A stretch of DNA of 64,000 nt from an uncultured Acidobacteriota bacterium. Its GTDB lineage: Bacteria > Acidobacteriota > Thermoanaerobaculia > Gp7-AA8. Of the stretch, positions 49,650 to 59,935 are shown piece by piece; the first letter of the stretch is position 1; every line of letters begins with the position of its first letter. Location of the stretch: the NCBI GenBank assembly GCA_963822445.1, contig CAWGHO010000003.1, forward strand, positions 384,001 to 448,000. Direction: 5' to 3'. The position numbers and the translations under genes were made by a program. The notes under the pieces were generated by a model, which saw only the letters and a list, made by a program, of their open reading frames with translations, made no database searches and was not told the DNA's origin.

Positions 49650-49786
49650 GTGACGCTCTTCACGCGTGGTGCGTATAGGAATGGTGACAAAGCTAGTGAC
49701 ACCTCGAGAGTTCGTTTAGAATGCCGGTCCAGCATAAAAATGCCGTTCATCGTTATCACATCTCGTTTTGGGTTAAAGGGGAGAAT

Positions 49787-50809
49787 ATGTCCATGAAAAA
49801 ACTTGCTGTTGCGGCGGCCCTGACGTTGTGCGCGTTCAGCGCGACCGCGAGCAACTTCCGCGGTGCCGATCAGGTTTATATCCCGGCCGCAGGCAACTTC
49901 CAGGGTGCGAGCGGACGCTTCGTGTCCGACGTTTACCTGGCGAACCTCGAGACCGACGTCGACGTCGAGGTTTCGGTGATCTTCCAGCAGCTCGGTGCTG
50001 GCGGCGGAGCGGGCACTGAGTTCAAGAACATCATCACCCTCAGGGCCGGCGAGCGTAAGGAGTACAAGAACTTCCTGCAGAGCGTGCTCGGCCTCACCGC
50101 CGGCAACGAGTTCGGCCAGCTCATCTTCAACGGCTGCCTCAAGGGCGCCAGCTGCGGACCCGAGACGCAGAACACGGACGGCGTCAGCCCCAACTTCAAG
50201 AACATCAGCGCCACCAGCCGCGTGTACGCGATTCCCAACGCCCCGGCCGATCAGCGCCTGACCACCGGTCAGCTCTTCACCGGCATTCCCTGGTATCACT
50301 TCGTCAGCTCCCTCCAGGCCAGCAACGGCCTCGACAAGGTCTTCATCACCGGCCTTCGCCAGACCGGCAACCCCGGAGAGGCGGGCACCTACCGCAGCAA
50401 CATCGGGCTCGTGAACGCGTCGCAGTACTCGCGCTCCACGATTCACGTGACCCTCTACCAGGGCACGACGGCTCTGGCCGACAAGAAGGGTGAGTTCGAG
50501 GTCGTTCTCGAGCCGCTCGGCTCGGTGCAGCAGGGCTTCTCGCAGATGTTCGGCACCGGAGTCACCGGTGAGAACTACTTCGTGATCGTCGAGCAGCGCA
50601 ATCCGGAGCCGGTCGGCGCCGTTCCGTCGACCTGCGTGCAGGGCTGCCCGGCGTTCCTCGCGTACGGCTCGGTGCTCGACAACGGCACCAGCGACGCGAC
50701 GACGCTCGAAGCGCAGTACCTCAAGCCGCTCACCGACGCGGCGATCGTCGTGATCTACCCGGGCAGCAGCTCCGGCAAGGCCGGCGTGCGCCGCAGCGTC
50801 CGCCACTAA
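49787..50809 (+). CDS. Secreted hypothetical protein
   Basis: RBS GGGGAG, signal peptide MKKLAVAAALTLCAFSATA, strongly biased codon usage, AYGSVLDNGTSDAT, ends RRSVRH. Confidence 0.85.
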   Translation: MSMKKLAVAAALTLCAFSATASNFRGADQVYIPAAGNFQGASGRFVSDVYLANLETDVDVEVSVIFQQLGAGGGAGTEFKNIITLRAGERKEYKNFLQSVLGLTAGNEFGQLIFNGCLKGASCGPETQNTDGVSPNFKNISATSRVYAIPNAPADQRLTTGQLFTGIPWYHFVSSLQASNGLDKVFITGLRQTGNPGEAGTYRSNIGLVNASQYSRSTIHVTLYQGTTALADKKGEFEVVLEPLGSVQQGFSQMFGTGVTGENYFVIVEQRNPEPVGAVPSTCVQGCPAFLAYGSVLDNGTSDATTLEAQYLKPLTDAAIVVIYPGSSSGKAGVRRSVRH

Positions 50810-50832
50810 GCCATCGCACTCAGTGATTTGTG

Positions 50833-50864
50833 AGGCCGCGCCATTCCGGCGCGGCCTTTTTTTT
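50833..50864 (+). terminator. Rho-independent terminator
   Basis: AGGCCGCGCC-ATTCC-GGCGCGGCCT followed by a T run. Confidence 0.9.
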
Positions 50865-50913
50865 GCGCCGGGCCGACGACTTTTTTGCGCCTCGCGCAAT
50901 ACATTTCGCCTCG

Positions 50914-51645
50914 ATGGAACCCCGTACCCGACGCGTGCAGCGGGTGCATCTCGCGCAACCGCTACTGGCTCGCCTGGGCACGACCCAGGTGCTCATCGTC
51001 GACGTCAGCGTCCTCGGTGCGCGCGTCGAGCATCACGTTCCACTGGCCGCGGGCGGCAACTCCGCGTTTTCGTTCAAGTGGGAGGACCACGAGATCGTCA
51101 GCCAGTGCCGGATCGTGCGGTCGCGGCTGGAGCGGATGTCCGTCGGCACGGATGGCCTGACCGTTTACCACTCCGGGCTCGAGTTCGAGGACATGGCTGA
51201 CGACACCCGAGGCCGGCTGAAGGCGATGATCGCCCGCTTCATCACCCGCGCGCTGGAAGAGCAGAAGCTGAACGCGCGGGGAGTCGTCCCCCAGCACGAC
51301 GTGAACAAAATGCCCATCTTCCGCTTCGGCGGCCAGCTCACCGCCGACACGAAAGACAAGCGCGCCGTGGTCCCGTCGTATCTGCCCGCCTCCCGGCTCA
51401 TCAAAGAGACGGGCTACATCTGCTACAACCTCGAGAACAACAGTTGGCGCCGCAAGCGCACGCATGACCCCGGTCAGCCGATGGAAGGCTTCACGATTTC
51501 GGCGACCGAGGACCTCACCCAGGCCCAGTTGTTATGCGATGCGTACGTCCGTTCAGACCACTCCGGAAGGCGCCTGATTCAGCTCTTCGCCCAGCTCAGC
51601 ATTGTCGACGGCGAAGGGGTTCAACTGACCCGTTTCGAGCCCTGA
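50914..51645 (+). CDS. PilZ-domain-containing protein
   Basis: RRVQRV (RxxxR) and DVSVLGA (DxSxxG), GLEF; TACATT 8 nt before ATG 50914. Confidence 0.72.
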   Translation: MEPRTRRVQRVHLAQPLLARLGTTQVLIVDVSVLGARVEHHVPLAAGGNSAFSFKWEDHEIVSQCRIVRSRLERMSVGTDGLTVYHSGLEFEDMADDTRGRLKAMIARFITRALEEQKLNARGVVPQHDVNKMPIFRFGGQLTADTKDKRAVVPSYLPASRLIKETGYICYNLENNSWRRKRTHDPGQPMEGFTISATEDLTQAQLLCDAYVRSDHSGRRLIQLFAQLSIVDGEGVQLTRFEP

Positions 51646-51731
51646 AAAGGGAATCGTTTCCGGCCTGTCCGCGTTGTCCGGAACCGTAGCGCTGTGTTAG
51701 ACTTCGACGGCTTTCGAGCAGCTTTCTTTCG

Positions 51732-51758
51732 AAAGCGGCCTTTCCGGCCGCTTTTTTT
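51732..51758 (+). terminator. Terminator/attenuator hairpin in the rimP leader
   Basis: AAAGCGGCC-TTTCC-GGCCGCTTT plus T run, 14 nt before rimP. Confidence 0.8.
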
Positions 51759-51772
51759 GTTCTAGGGGTGAA

Positions 51773-52240
51773 ATGAGCGGGATTCCCGAACAGGTCGAGC
51801 AGCAGATCCAGCGGATTGTCGAATCCGAAGGGCTGGAGCTCGTCCACATCGACTACAGGAAGCAGGGCCGCGGTTACCTGCTCCGGGTCGATATCGACAA
51901 GGAAGGCGGCGTCAACATCGACGACTGCCAGCTCATTTCGACGCAGATCTCGACGTGGCTCGACGTCGACGATCCCATCCCGGCGGAGTACGAACTGCAG
52001 GTCTCGTCGCCGGGCCTCGACCGGAAGTTCTACAAGACATCGGACTACCAGAAGTTCATCGGCCGTCTCGTGCGCGTGAAGACCAGCAAGGCCATTCGCG
52101 GCCTGCACGTCATCGTCGGCCGGCTGAAGGAGTTCGATGGAGAGCGGGTCGTCGTGACTGATCCGGTGGTCAAGAAAGATCCCGATTACACGATTCCGCT
52201 TGCTGAGATCAAAGAGACACGTCTGGAAGTGGAGATCTAA
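51773..52240 (+). CDS. rimP: Ribosome maturation factor RimP
   Basis: LRVDIDKEGGV.IDDC, Y.LQVSSPGLDR; first gene of the nusA-infB operon. Confidence 0.95.
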   Translation: MSGIPEQVEQQIQRIVESEGLELVHIDYRKQGRGYLLRVDIDKEGGVNIDDCQLISTQISTWLDVDDPIPAEYELQVSSPGLDRKFYKTSDYQKFIGRLVRVKTSKAIRGLHVIVGRLKEFDGERVVVTDPVVKKDPDYTIPLAEIKETRLEVEI

Positions 52241-52243
52241 CGG

Positions 52244-53806
52244 ATGTTCAACGACAAAGACATCAAGGCGCTGGCGTACGAGAAGTCGATCGACGTCGAT
52301 CGCGTCTACAAGGCCCTCGAGGATGCCCTCGCGACTGCTGCGCGCAAGTATTACAAGACGCGCGAGCCGCTCGAGGCCGTTCTCGATCGCAGCAACGGCG
52401 GAGTGACCATCTTCGCCGTCAAGGAAATCGTCGAAAACGAGGACCAGATCGAGGATCCGCAGGCCCAGTGGCCGCTCGACGTGGCCCAGAAGATCGATCC
52501 CGGCGTGCAGACGGGCGGCATCGTCAAGCTCGACTACATCAGCAAGGAAGTCGTCGACGTCGTGAAGGATCCGAACACGCAGATCCGCACGTACGAGGCG
52601 CAGAAGATCGACCCCGAAGTCGAGCAGGGCGACGAGGTCAAGATCCCCCTGACCACGCCTCCCGCGGACCTCGGCCGCATCGCCGCGCAGTCGGCCAAGC
52701 AGGTCCTGTATCAGAAGGTCCGCGAGGCCGAGCGGGAGAAGGTCTTCAACGAGTTCAAGGACAAGATGGGCGAGCTCGAGAACGGCTACGTGAAGCGTTT
52801 CGAGCGCGGCGACATGATCATCGACCTCAACGGCAAGACCGAGGGGATCATCCCTCGCTCGCAGCAGTCGCGCGCCGAGCGTTACTCGCAGGGCGACCGC
52901 ATCAAGGCCGTGATCGTCGACGTCCACACCCAGCCCAAGGGACCGCAGGTGGTGCTCTCGCGCACCGACCCGCGTCTGCTCATCAAGCTCTTCGAGATGG
53001 AAGTGCCGGAGATCTACGACGGAACGGTCGTGATCAAGGGCGCCGTCCGCGAGCCGGGTGAGCGCGCCAAGATCGCCGTCTCTTCGCGCGAGCGCGACGT
53101 CGATCCGGTCGGCGCCTGCGTCGGCATGAAGGGCTCCCGCGTGCAGTCGATCATCCGCGAGCTTCGCGGCGAGAAGATCGACATCATTCCCTGGCACGAC
53201 GACATCGTGAATTACGCGCAGAACGCCCTGGCGCCTGCGAAGATCACCCGCGTCTCCGTCACCTCCGATGACGGCGCGCACCGTCCGCATCTCGACGTCA
53301 TCGTCGACAACGATCAGCTCTCGCTGGCCATCGGCAAGCGCGGTCTGAACGTCCGTCTGGCCGCCGAGTTGATCGGCGCGAAGATCGACATCAAGTCGGA
53401 AGAGGAAGTGAAGGGCGAAGTCGCCGACGCGCTCGCGGCCATGCTGCAGGAAGCGATGGCCGAGTCGCGCTCCCAGACCGCCGTTCGCGACATCGAGAAC
53501 CTTCCCGCGGAGTGGGCGCAGCTTCTCGAAGACGCCGGCTACGACGATCTCGACTCGGTGATCAACGCCTCGGTCGAGGATCTGACCGCGATCGAAGGCG
53601 TCGATGAGGACATGGCCGCCCAGATGATCGAGATCGCCCGCAAGAGCGAGCAGGTCGATGAGGGCGGGGACGACGACGACGAGTCCGACGAGGACGAAGG
53701 CGAAGACTCCGACGACGATTCCGAAGAGGAAGAAGAAGTCGAAGAAGAAGAAACCGAAGAGGAAGAAGCCTCGGACGAGAAGCAAGCCGAAGCTTCTGTT
53801 GAGTGA
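52244..53806 (+). CDS. nusA: Transcription termination factor NusA (duplicated NTD segment, acidic tail)
   Basis: GRIAAQSAKQV, S1 domain, REPGERAKIAV, DPVGACVGMKGSRV, SLAIGKRGLNVRLA. Confidence 0.97.
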   Translation: MFNDKDIKALAYEKSIDVDRVYKALEDALATAARKYYKTREPLEAVLDRSNGGVTIFAVKEIVENEDQIEDPQAQWPLDVAQKIDPGVQTGGIVKLDYISKEVVDVVKDPNTQIRTYEAQKIDPEVEQGDEVKIPLTTPPADLGRIAAQSAKQVLYQKVREAEREKVFNEFKDKMGELENGYVKRFERGDMIIDLNGKTEGIIPRSQQSRAERYSQGDRIKAVIVDVHTQPKGPQVVLSRTDPRLLIKLFEMEVPEIYDGTVVIKGAVREPGERAKIAVSSRERDVDPVGACVGMKGSRVQSIIRELRGEKIDIIPWHDDIVNYAQNALAPAKITRVSVTSDDGAHRPHLDVIVDNDQLSLAIGKRGLNVRLAAELIGAKIDIKSEEEVKGEVADALAAMLQEAMAESRSQTAVRDIENLPAEWAQLLEDAGYDDLDSVINASVEDLTAIEGVDEDMAAQMIEIARKSEQVDEGGDDDDESDEDEGEDSDDDSEEEEEVEEEETEEEEASDEKQAEASVE

Positions 53807-53874
53807 TGTTGACGCGGAGCGTCACCATGTAAAGCGAATCACGCGGCAGGCGAGCTAGACCCAAGGGAGATTGA

Positions 53875-56790
53875 ATGGCGGCAGCAGCAAAAATCAAAGT
53901 GAGCGACATTGCGAAGCGGATGGGCAAGTCCGAGAAGGACCTCATCTTCCAGCTTCAGTCGCTCGGCGCCGAAGTGTCGGATGCCAATCAGGTCCTCGAG
54001 CCTGAAGTCATCCAGGCGCTCATTACCGGCAAGAAGCTGAACACCCGGACGCGCAGCGTCATCATGCGCGAGGACAAGCCTCAGCCGGAAAAGAAGAAGG
54101 AAGCAGTTCGTCCGCCACGGCCGATCGTGCAGCCGCCTGCGCGGAAGAAGACCGAGGTTCCGAAAGAGGAGCCGGTGGTCACCCCGCCGCCGTCGGTGAT
54201 CATCCCCGAGTTCGTCGAAGCCGCCGAGGCCGAGGAGCGCGCCGCGAAGGAAGCGCCGACGCCGAAAGCGCGACCGAAGAAAGTCGCCGCCGAAGCCCCG
54301 GCCGCCGCTGCCGCACCGGAGAAGCGGGTCGACAAGCCCGTCGAAACACCGACGGCCGTCGAGACCGAGCGTCCCGCCGCCGCTGCGCCAGCGCATCCGC
54401 CGGCCCATGCGCCGTCGCCGTCCCATCATCGTCCCTCTCCGACGGGCCCGACCGGTCCGCGTGCGCGTGCGCCGCAGGCCGCGCGTCCGAACTACGCCGG
54501 CCAGACGCCGATGCAACAGCCGCAACGCCCCAGCGCTCCGCCGCAGGGCGCGCGACCGGGTGGTGCGCCGATGAGCGCACGTCCTTCCGGTCCCGGCGGT
54601 GCAACGCGGCCGATGGGTCCGGGTGGTGGTCCGGGAGCACGTCCGCCGATGGGCTCGCGTCCGTCAGGCGGCGGCCAGGGCATGCGTCCGGGCGGCCAGG
54701 GTTTCCGTCCGGGACAGGGTCCCGCGCGTCCGCCGCTCGCTCCGACTCCGCCGAGCATGCCCGGCGCGAACATCATCCGTCGCAAGAAGGAAGACGATCG
54801 CACCGAGGAGCACGACAAGAAGAAGGGGAAACGCGTCAAGACCGTTCGCGGCGCGGAGTTCGATCAGGAGCTGCTGACCAAGGGCCCGTTCAGCGGGAGC
54901 CAGGTCATCAACGACGACATCGGTCCGGACATCGTTCTCCCCGAGCTCGAAGATCCGAAGCGCGTCTCCGCGCGCCGCGATGCGCGTAAGCAGGCCGCGC
55001 CGACGGGCAAGGTCCTCGAGTTCAAGAAGCCGACCGGCAAGGTCGCGCTGACTGAAGGCGTGACCGTGAAAGAGCTCGCCGAGAAGCTCGACGTCAAGGC
55101 CAGCGATCTCATGAAGCATCTCTTCATGAAGAAGGGCCTGATGGTCTCCATCAACCAGCCCCTCGGCGCCGACCTCGCGCTCGAGCTCTCCCGTGAGCTC
55201 GGCATCGACGCGGAGATGGTCTCCTTCGAAGAGGCCGTCGAGCTCGAAGCGATGGAGAAGACCGCAGCAGCGGGCACCGGCACCACGCCGCGCGGCCCGG
55301 TCATCACCGTCATGGGTCACGTCGACCACGGCAAGACCTCTCTGCTCGACGCCATCCGCGAGACCAACGTCGCGGCCGGTGAAGCGGGCGGCATCACGCA
55401 GCACATCGGTGCGTATCACGTCGAAAAGCGTGGCCGGAAGATCGTCTTCCTCGACACGCCGGGCCACGAGGCCTTCACGATGATGCGTGCGCGCGGCGCG
55501 AAGGTGACGGACATCGTCATCCTGGTCGTCGCGGCCGACGACGGCGTCATGCCCCAGACCAAGGAAGCAATCGACCACGCCAAGGCGGCCAAGGTGCCGA
55601 TGATCGTGGCCATCAACAAGATCGACAAACCGAACGCGAACGTCGAGCGCGTGCGCCGCGAGCTCGCGGATGCGAACGTCCTCGTCGAGCAGTGGGGCGG
55701 CGACGTCGTTTCCGTCGAAGTCTCCGCGGTCAAGAAGCAGGGCATCGACGATCTCCTCGACATGATTCTGCTCACCGCGGACATGCTCGATGCGAAGTCG
55801 AACCCGGAGATGCCCGCGAAGGGCGTCGTCCTCGAAGCGCAGAAGGAAGTCGGCCGCGGCATCGTCGGCACCGTTCTCATTCAGGACGGCACGCTGAAGA
55901 TCGGCGACCCGTTCTTCTCAGGTACGACCTGGGGCCGCGTCCGCGCAATGGCGGACGAGCGCGGCAAGCGCATCAACGAAGCGGGTCCCGCGACGCCGGT
56001 CCAGATCACCGGATTCGACGACGTCCCGAACGCCGGCGACTCGCTGTCGGTGGTTGACGACGAAACGCAGGCGCGCATGATCGGCCAGCTCCGCCAGGAG
56101 AAGGCCCGTGAGGCAGCGCAGAACAAGGGCGGCCGCATGTCGCTCGATCAGCTCTTCCAGCGCATGCAGTCCGGCGGCGTGAAGGAGCTGAACCTGATCG
56201 TGAAGGGCGACGTGCAGGGCTCGGTGGAAGTGCTCAACGACACGCTGCGCAAGCTCTCCACGAACGAGGTCAAGGTCAACGTCATCCACTCCTCGGTCGG
56301 CGCGATCTCGACGAACGACATCCTTCTGGCCACGGCGTCGGAGGCCATCGTCATCGGCTTCAACGTCCGTCCGGAGCGCAACGCCGCGGATCTGGCGGAG
56401 AAGGAAGGCGTCGACGTACGGATGTACACGGTCATCTACAACCTCGTCGATGAGATGAAGGCCGCGATGACCGGTCTGCTCGATCCGAAGTTCCAGGAAG
56501 TCTTCCAGGGCCGCGCGGAAGTGCGCGAGACCTTCAAGGTGCCGAAGATCGGCGTCATCGCCGGCTGCATGGTCACGGACGGCGTCATTCCCCGGACGGC
56601 AAGCATCCGCCTGCTGCGAGACAACCGGGTCATCCTCGAAGGCAAGATCGGCTCGCTCCGGCACTTCAAGAACGACGTCTCCGAAGTCCGCCAGGGCTTC
56701 GAGTGCGGCATCGGCATCGAGAGGTTCCAGGACGTGAAGGTCGGCGACATCATCGAGGCGTTCAAGACCGAGAAGATGGAGTCCGTACTT

Positions 56791-56796
<6 letters not shown>
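53875..56796 (+). CDS. infB: Translation initiation factor IF-2
   Basis: [36 protein letters not shown]. Confidence 0.98.
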
Positions 56797-56894
<98 letters not shown>

Positions 56895-56898
56895 AGTC

Positions 56899-57207
56899 AT
56901 GATCGTCTGCGTCGCACTGTTCGAGCTGCACATCGAGTACGCGCAGTCCCTCAAGGAAAAGCGGATGGTGGTGCGGAGCTTGCGCGACAAGCTCCGCCGC
57001 CGTTTCAACATCTCCGCGAATGAAGTCGCGTATCACGATCTCCATCAGCGCGCCCGTTTGGGCCTGAGCTTCATCGCCGATCGCCGCGACTCGGCAGACT
57101 CATTGCTGGATACAATCCAGGGCTTCGTCGAGTCGCACGCCGATGCCCGCCTGATGGGATGGACCAGCGAGAAGCTGGATTTCGATGAAGAAGCCGACCT
57201 GACATGA
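56899..57207 (+). CDS. ylxP: DUF503 (YlxP-like) protein
   Basis: AQSLKEKR.VVRSL...LR.RFNIS..EV..HDLHQRA.LG; typical position between infB and rbfA. Confidence 0.88.
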   Translation: MIVCVALFELHIEYAQSLKEKRMVVRSLRDKLRRRFNISANEVAYHDLHQRARLGLSFIADRRDSADSLLDTIQGFVESHADARLMGWTSEKLDFDEEADLT

Positions 57208-57590
57208 AGAAAACACGCAGAACCTCCAGAGTGGGTGAGAACGTGCGGGATGCGCTGTCCGAGGTCCTGCGGCGCGACATCAGCGACGTGCGGATCGGCT
57301 GGTCGTCCATCAGCGAGGTCGAGGTCAGCCCCGATCTCCACTACGCCAAGGTCTACATGACCGGCCTGAAGGAAGAAGACACCCAGGCGGACGTGGAGAT
57401 GCTGCGCAAGCTCGCTCCCAAGATCCGCCACTTCCTCGGCAAGCGTCTCAAGCTCAAGTACACGCCGGAGCTCGACTTCCGCTACGACGAGACGGCCATG
57501 AAAGCGTTGCGCGTGGAGACGCTGCTGCGCGATGTGATTCCGCCGAATCCCGAGAACGAGCATCTCGAGAGCGACGACGACGAGTCGTAG
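57204..57590 (+). CDS. rbfA: Ribosome-binding factor A
   Basis: V.VSPDL.YAKVY, LKLKYTPELDF.YDE. Confidence 0.93.
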   Translation: MKKTRRTSRVGENVRDALSEVLRRDISDVRIGWSSISEVEVSPDLHYAKVYMTGLKEEDTQADVEMLRKLAPKIRHFLGKRLKLKYTPELDFRYDETAMKALRVETLLRDVIPPNPENEHLESDDDES

Positions 57591-58142
57591 TTACTTCTTC
57601 ACAAAGACGTGCTCGCGGTAGTACCGCAGCTCTTCGATCGACTCCTCGATGTCGGCGAGCGCGCGATGCAGCTCCTTCTTCTTCGGCGACTCGTACCGGC
57701 CGCCGTACCACTCCTTGGCCAGGACCTTGATCGAGCTCACGTCCACGACTTTGTAGTGGAGAAAGTCTTCGAGTTCGGGCATGTACTTGGCGATGAAGCG
57801 CTTGTCCTGGCCGATCGAGTTGCCGCAGAGCGGAGCCGTCTTCTTGTAGCAGTACTTCTTGATGAAGCTCAGGGTCTGCCGTTCCGCTTCGGCCGTGGTG
57901 ACCCCTTCGGCACGGATGCGGTCCAGAAGCCCGCTCTTCCTGTGGGTGCTCTGGTTCCAGCGGTCCATCTTCTCGAGGCGCGCCTCGCTCGTGCGGATGG
58001 CCAGGACCGGTCCCGTGGCTACGATCTCGAGGTCGTAGTCGGTGATGATGGTGGCGATCTCGAGAAGGGTGTTGTGCACCGGATCGAGTCCGGTCATCTC
58101 GCAATCGATCCACACCAGATGCTTCTTGCTTCGTTTGAACAA
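57591..58142 (-). CDS. orn: Oligoribonuclease
   Basis: LVWIDCEMTGLD, H.KSGL, PLCGNSI.QD..F, DVSSIK, HRALADI.ESI.EL.YY. Confidence 0.95.
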   Translation of the reverse strand: MFKRSKKHLVWIDCEMTGLDPVHNTLLEIATIITDYDLEIVATGPVLAIRTSEARLEKMDRWNQSTHRKSGLLDRIRAEGVTTAEAERQTLSFIKKYCYKKTAPLCGNSIGQDKRFIAKYMPELEDFLHYKVVDVSSIKVLAKEWYGGRYESPKKKELHRALADIEESIEELRYYREHVFVKK

Positions 58143-58185
58143 GCGTCTTTCCCGCGCGGCGGATTCTATCGATACTGAACGTCTG

Positions 58186-58653
58186 ATGGCTGCCGATCCC
58201 CGCTTCTGCTCGAACTGCCGCGTCGAATTGCCGGCGAAAGCGGACGCCTGCCCGGCCTGCGGCGTCTTCGCCGGCGACCTTTACGACGAGCGGATGCATC
58301 GCCCGCGCACGCGGTTCGCGATGTTCGCCACGCTGCTGTTTCTCGCGCTCGCGGCCGCGGGTGCGGCGGTCTGGTGGAGCTCTGGGCGGCCACTTACGGT
58401 GCGCCGGCCGCAGACGGCGCAACCGATACCGCAACCGCCACGGCCTTCCGGCCCGGTGAAGAATGAGATCGAGGCTATTCGCATCGTGCGGCGGCACCTG
58501 GTCGAGTCGAAGGGCCTCAAGAACGAATGCGTGGTGCTCCTCGGCCGCGGCCTGAGCAGAGGTGCCTACACGGTGAGAGCACGCGACCATTGCTCGGATA
58601 CGCGGCTCGGCGACTTCCGCGTCAACGCCAAAACGGGCGAGGTCACGCGTTAG
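58186..58653 (+). CDS. Zinc-ribbon + single-TM hypothetical protein
   Basis: CSNC-x10-CPAC, one TM, Pro-rich linker, Cys pair; stop overlaps the convergent gene. Confidence 0.7.
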   Translation: MAADPRFCSNCRVELPAKADACPACGVFAGDLYDERMHRPRTRFAMFATLLFLALAAAGAAVWWSSGRPLTVRRPQTAQPIPQPPRPSGPVKNEIEAIRIVRRHLVESKGLKNECVVLLGRGLSRGAYTVRARDHCSDTRLGDFRVNAKTGEVTR

Positions 58654-59906
58654 AGCTCTTCGATCCGGAGCGTGGCCTTGTGCTCTCTGCACGGCACCTC
58701 AGGCTGGCACTTCGCGCAGTCGGGGAAATCGATCGATGCCGCGTCGCGATCGAACTGCTCCTCCATCAGCCGGCGCATCTCTTTCGCCGAGACACGCGCA
58801 CTGATCGTCGCGCCGCAGCCCGGGCAGATGGTCACGCCGGCGGGAATCTCGGCGTCGCAGTCGTCGAAGCCGCAGACGTACCGCCGTGTTTTCGAGACCG
58901 TCCAGATCGAGGTTCCGGCGACGGCGACGCCCACGACCGCGAAGATCTTCCAGAGCTCGACGCTTTCACCGACCATTGCCGCGATCGTCGCCAGCAACAG
59001 CCCGGGCAACACCGTCAGAATCAGCCCTTCGACGAGACCACCATGGCGAACGGCGGCGACGGTCTCCCCCTCGTTTCGCTTCGGATCGTCATCGGCGTCG
59101 TACTCCGGCTCCTCGACGTTGTTCTTATCCGGCTCCACCACGTCGATGAGCTGGTACTCCCATCGCGGCGGCCGCTTGGCCTGAATCGCAAGCGCCTCGA
59201 GCCATGACGGATCCGATTCGATCTCGCGCAACGCATCCCGGAACCACGCCTGCTGGTTCGGCTCCAGCTCGCGCGCGATGGCCTTCCTCTCCTCGCGATC
59301 GCCGCGCGCGGCTGCCTGCAGCGCCAGCAGCCAGGCCATGGCCTGCGGCGGAAGATAGCCGGCCTTGGACACCGACCAGCGCGTTCCGTTGGCGTCTCCC
59401 GACGATCGATAGCGATCGGTGTTGTTGGTCGTGAAGACGCCGAAGCCGAGGTAGATGGTGGTGAGGTCGGTGAGGAGCTCTTCCCGGTCGCGGGAGTCGG
59501 CGAAGAGGTTGTGATGCGTGCGGAACGCATGCGCAACTTCATGGGCCATCACCCCAACGGCCGCCTCGGGATCACCGAGTTGCTGGACGTGCACGCCGAA
59601 GAAGCACTGACCGTCGATGATCCCCGCGAACCACCCCGCCGTTCCACTGTCCCACGCTTCGCTCTCGCCTTCGAATCCGGCGAGGGAGAAGGAAAGATGC
59701 TCGAGGTCCGCCTGGGCCATCAATCGCTGGGTGAGGCGATGAACGTCGGCGACGGAGCCGCTCCAGCGATCCGGAAAGTATTTCGGCGACGGCAGGAGGA
59801 TGGGCGCGAGAACGAATCGCTCCCAGCCCATCCGCTCGATCAGCTTGCGCAGGTAGCGCCCGAGCCATTTCCGTTCCTCGGCCGAAGGAAGACTGCTGAC
59901 GATCAT
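58650..59906 (-). CDS. Hypothetical HExxH metallopeptidase-like membrane protein with zinc ribbons
   Basis: MAHEVAH...EELLTD, two TMs, C....C...CPGC and CAKC....C..H. Confidence 0.7.
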   Translation of the reverse strand: MIVSSLPSAEERKWLGRYLRKLIERMGWERFVLAPILLPSPKYFPDRWSGSVADVHRLTQRLMAQADLEHLSFSLAGFEGESEAWDSGTAGWFAGIIDGQCFFGVHVQQLGDPEAAVGVMAHEVAHAFRTHHNLFADSRDREELLTDLTTIYLGFGVFTTNNTDRYRSSGDANGTRWSVSKAGYLPPQAMAWLLALQAAARGDREERKAIARELEPNQQAWFRDALREIESDPSWLEALAIQAKRPPRWEYQLIDVVEPDKNNVEEPEYDADDDPKRNEGETVAAVRHGGLVEGLILTVLPGLLLATIAAMVGESVELWKIFAVVGVAVAGTSIWTVSKTRRYVCGFDDCDAEIPAGVTICPGCGATISARVSAKEMRRLMEEQFDRDAASIDFPDCAKCQPEVPCREHKATLRIEEL

Positions 59907-59935
59907 TCGTGTCCGTCGATACTAAACTCCTTCCC

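Noticed and set aside
49684-49701. GTGACA direct repeat between rluD and the secreted protein gene
   Set aside because: Only two 6-mers with a 12-bp period; could be chance
54181-54780. Pro/Gly/Ala-rich repeats in infB
   Set aside because: Ordinary low-complexity IF-2 N-terminal linker
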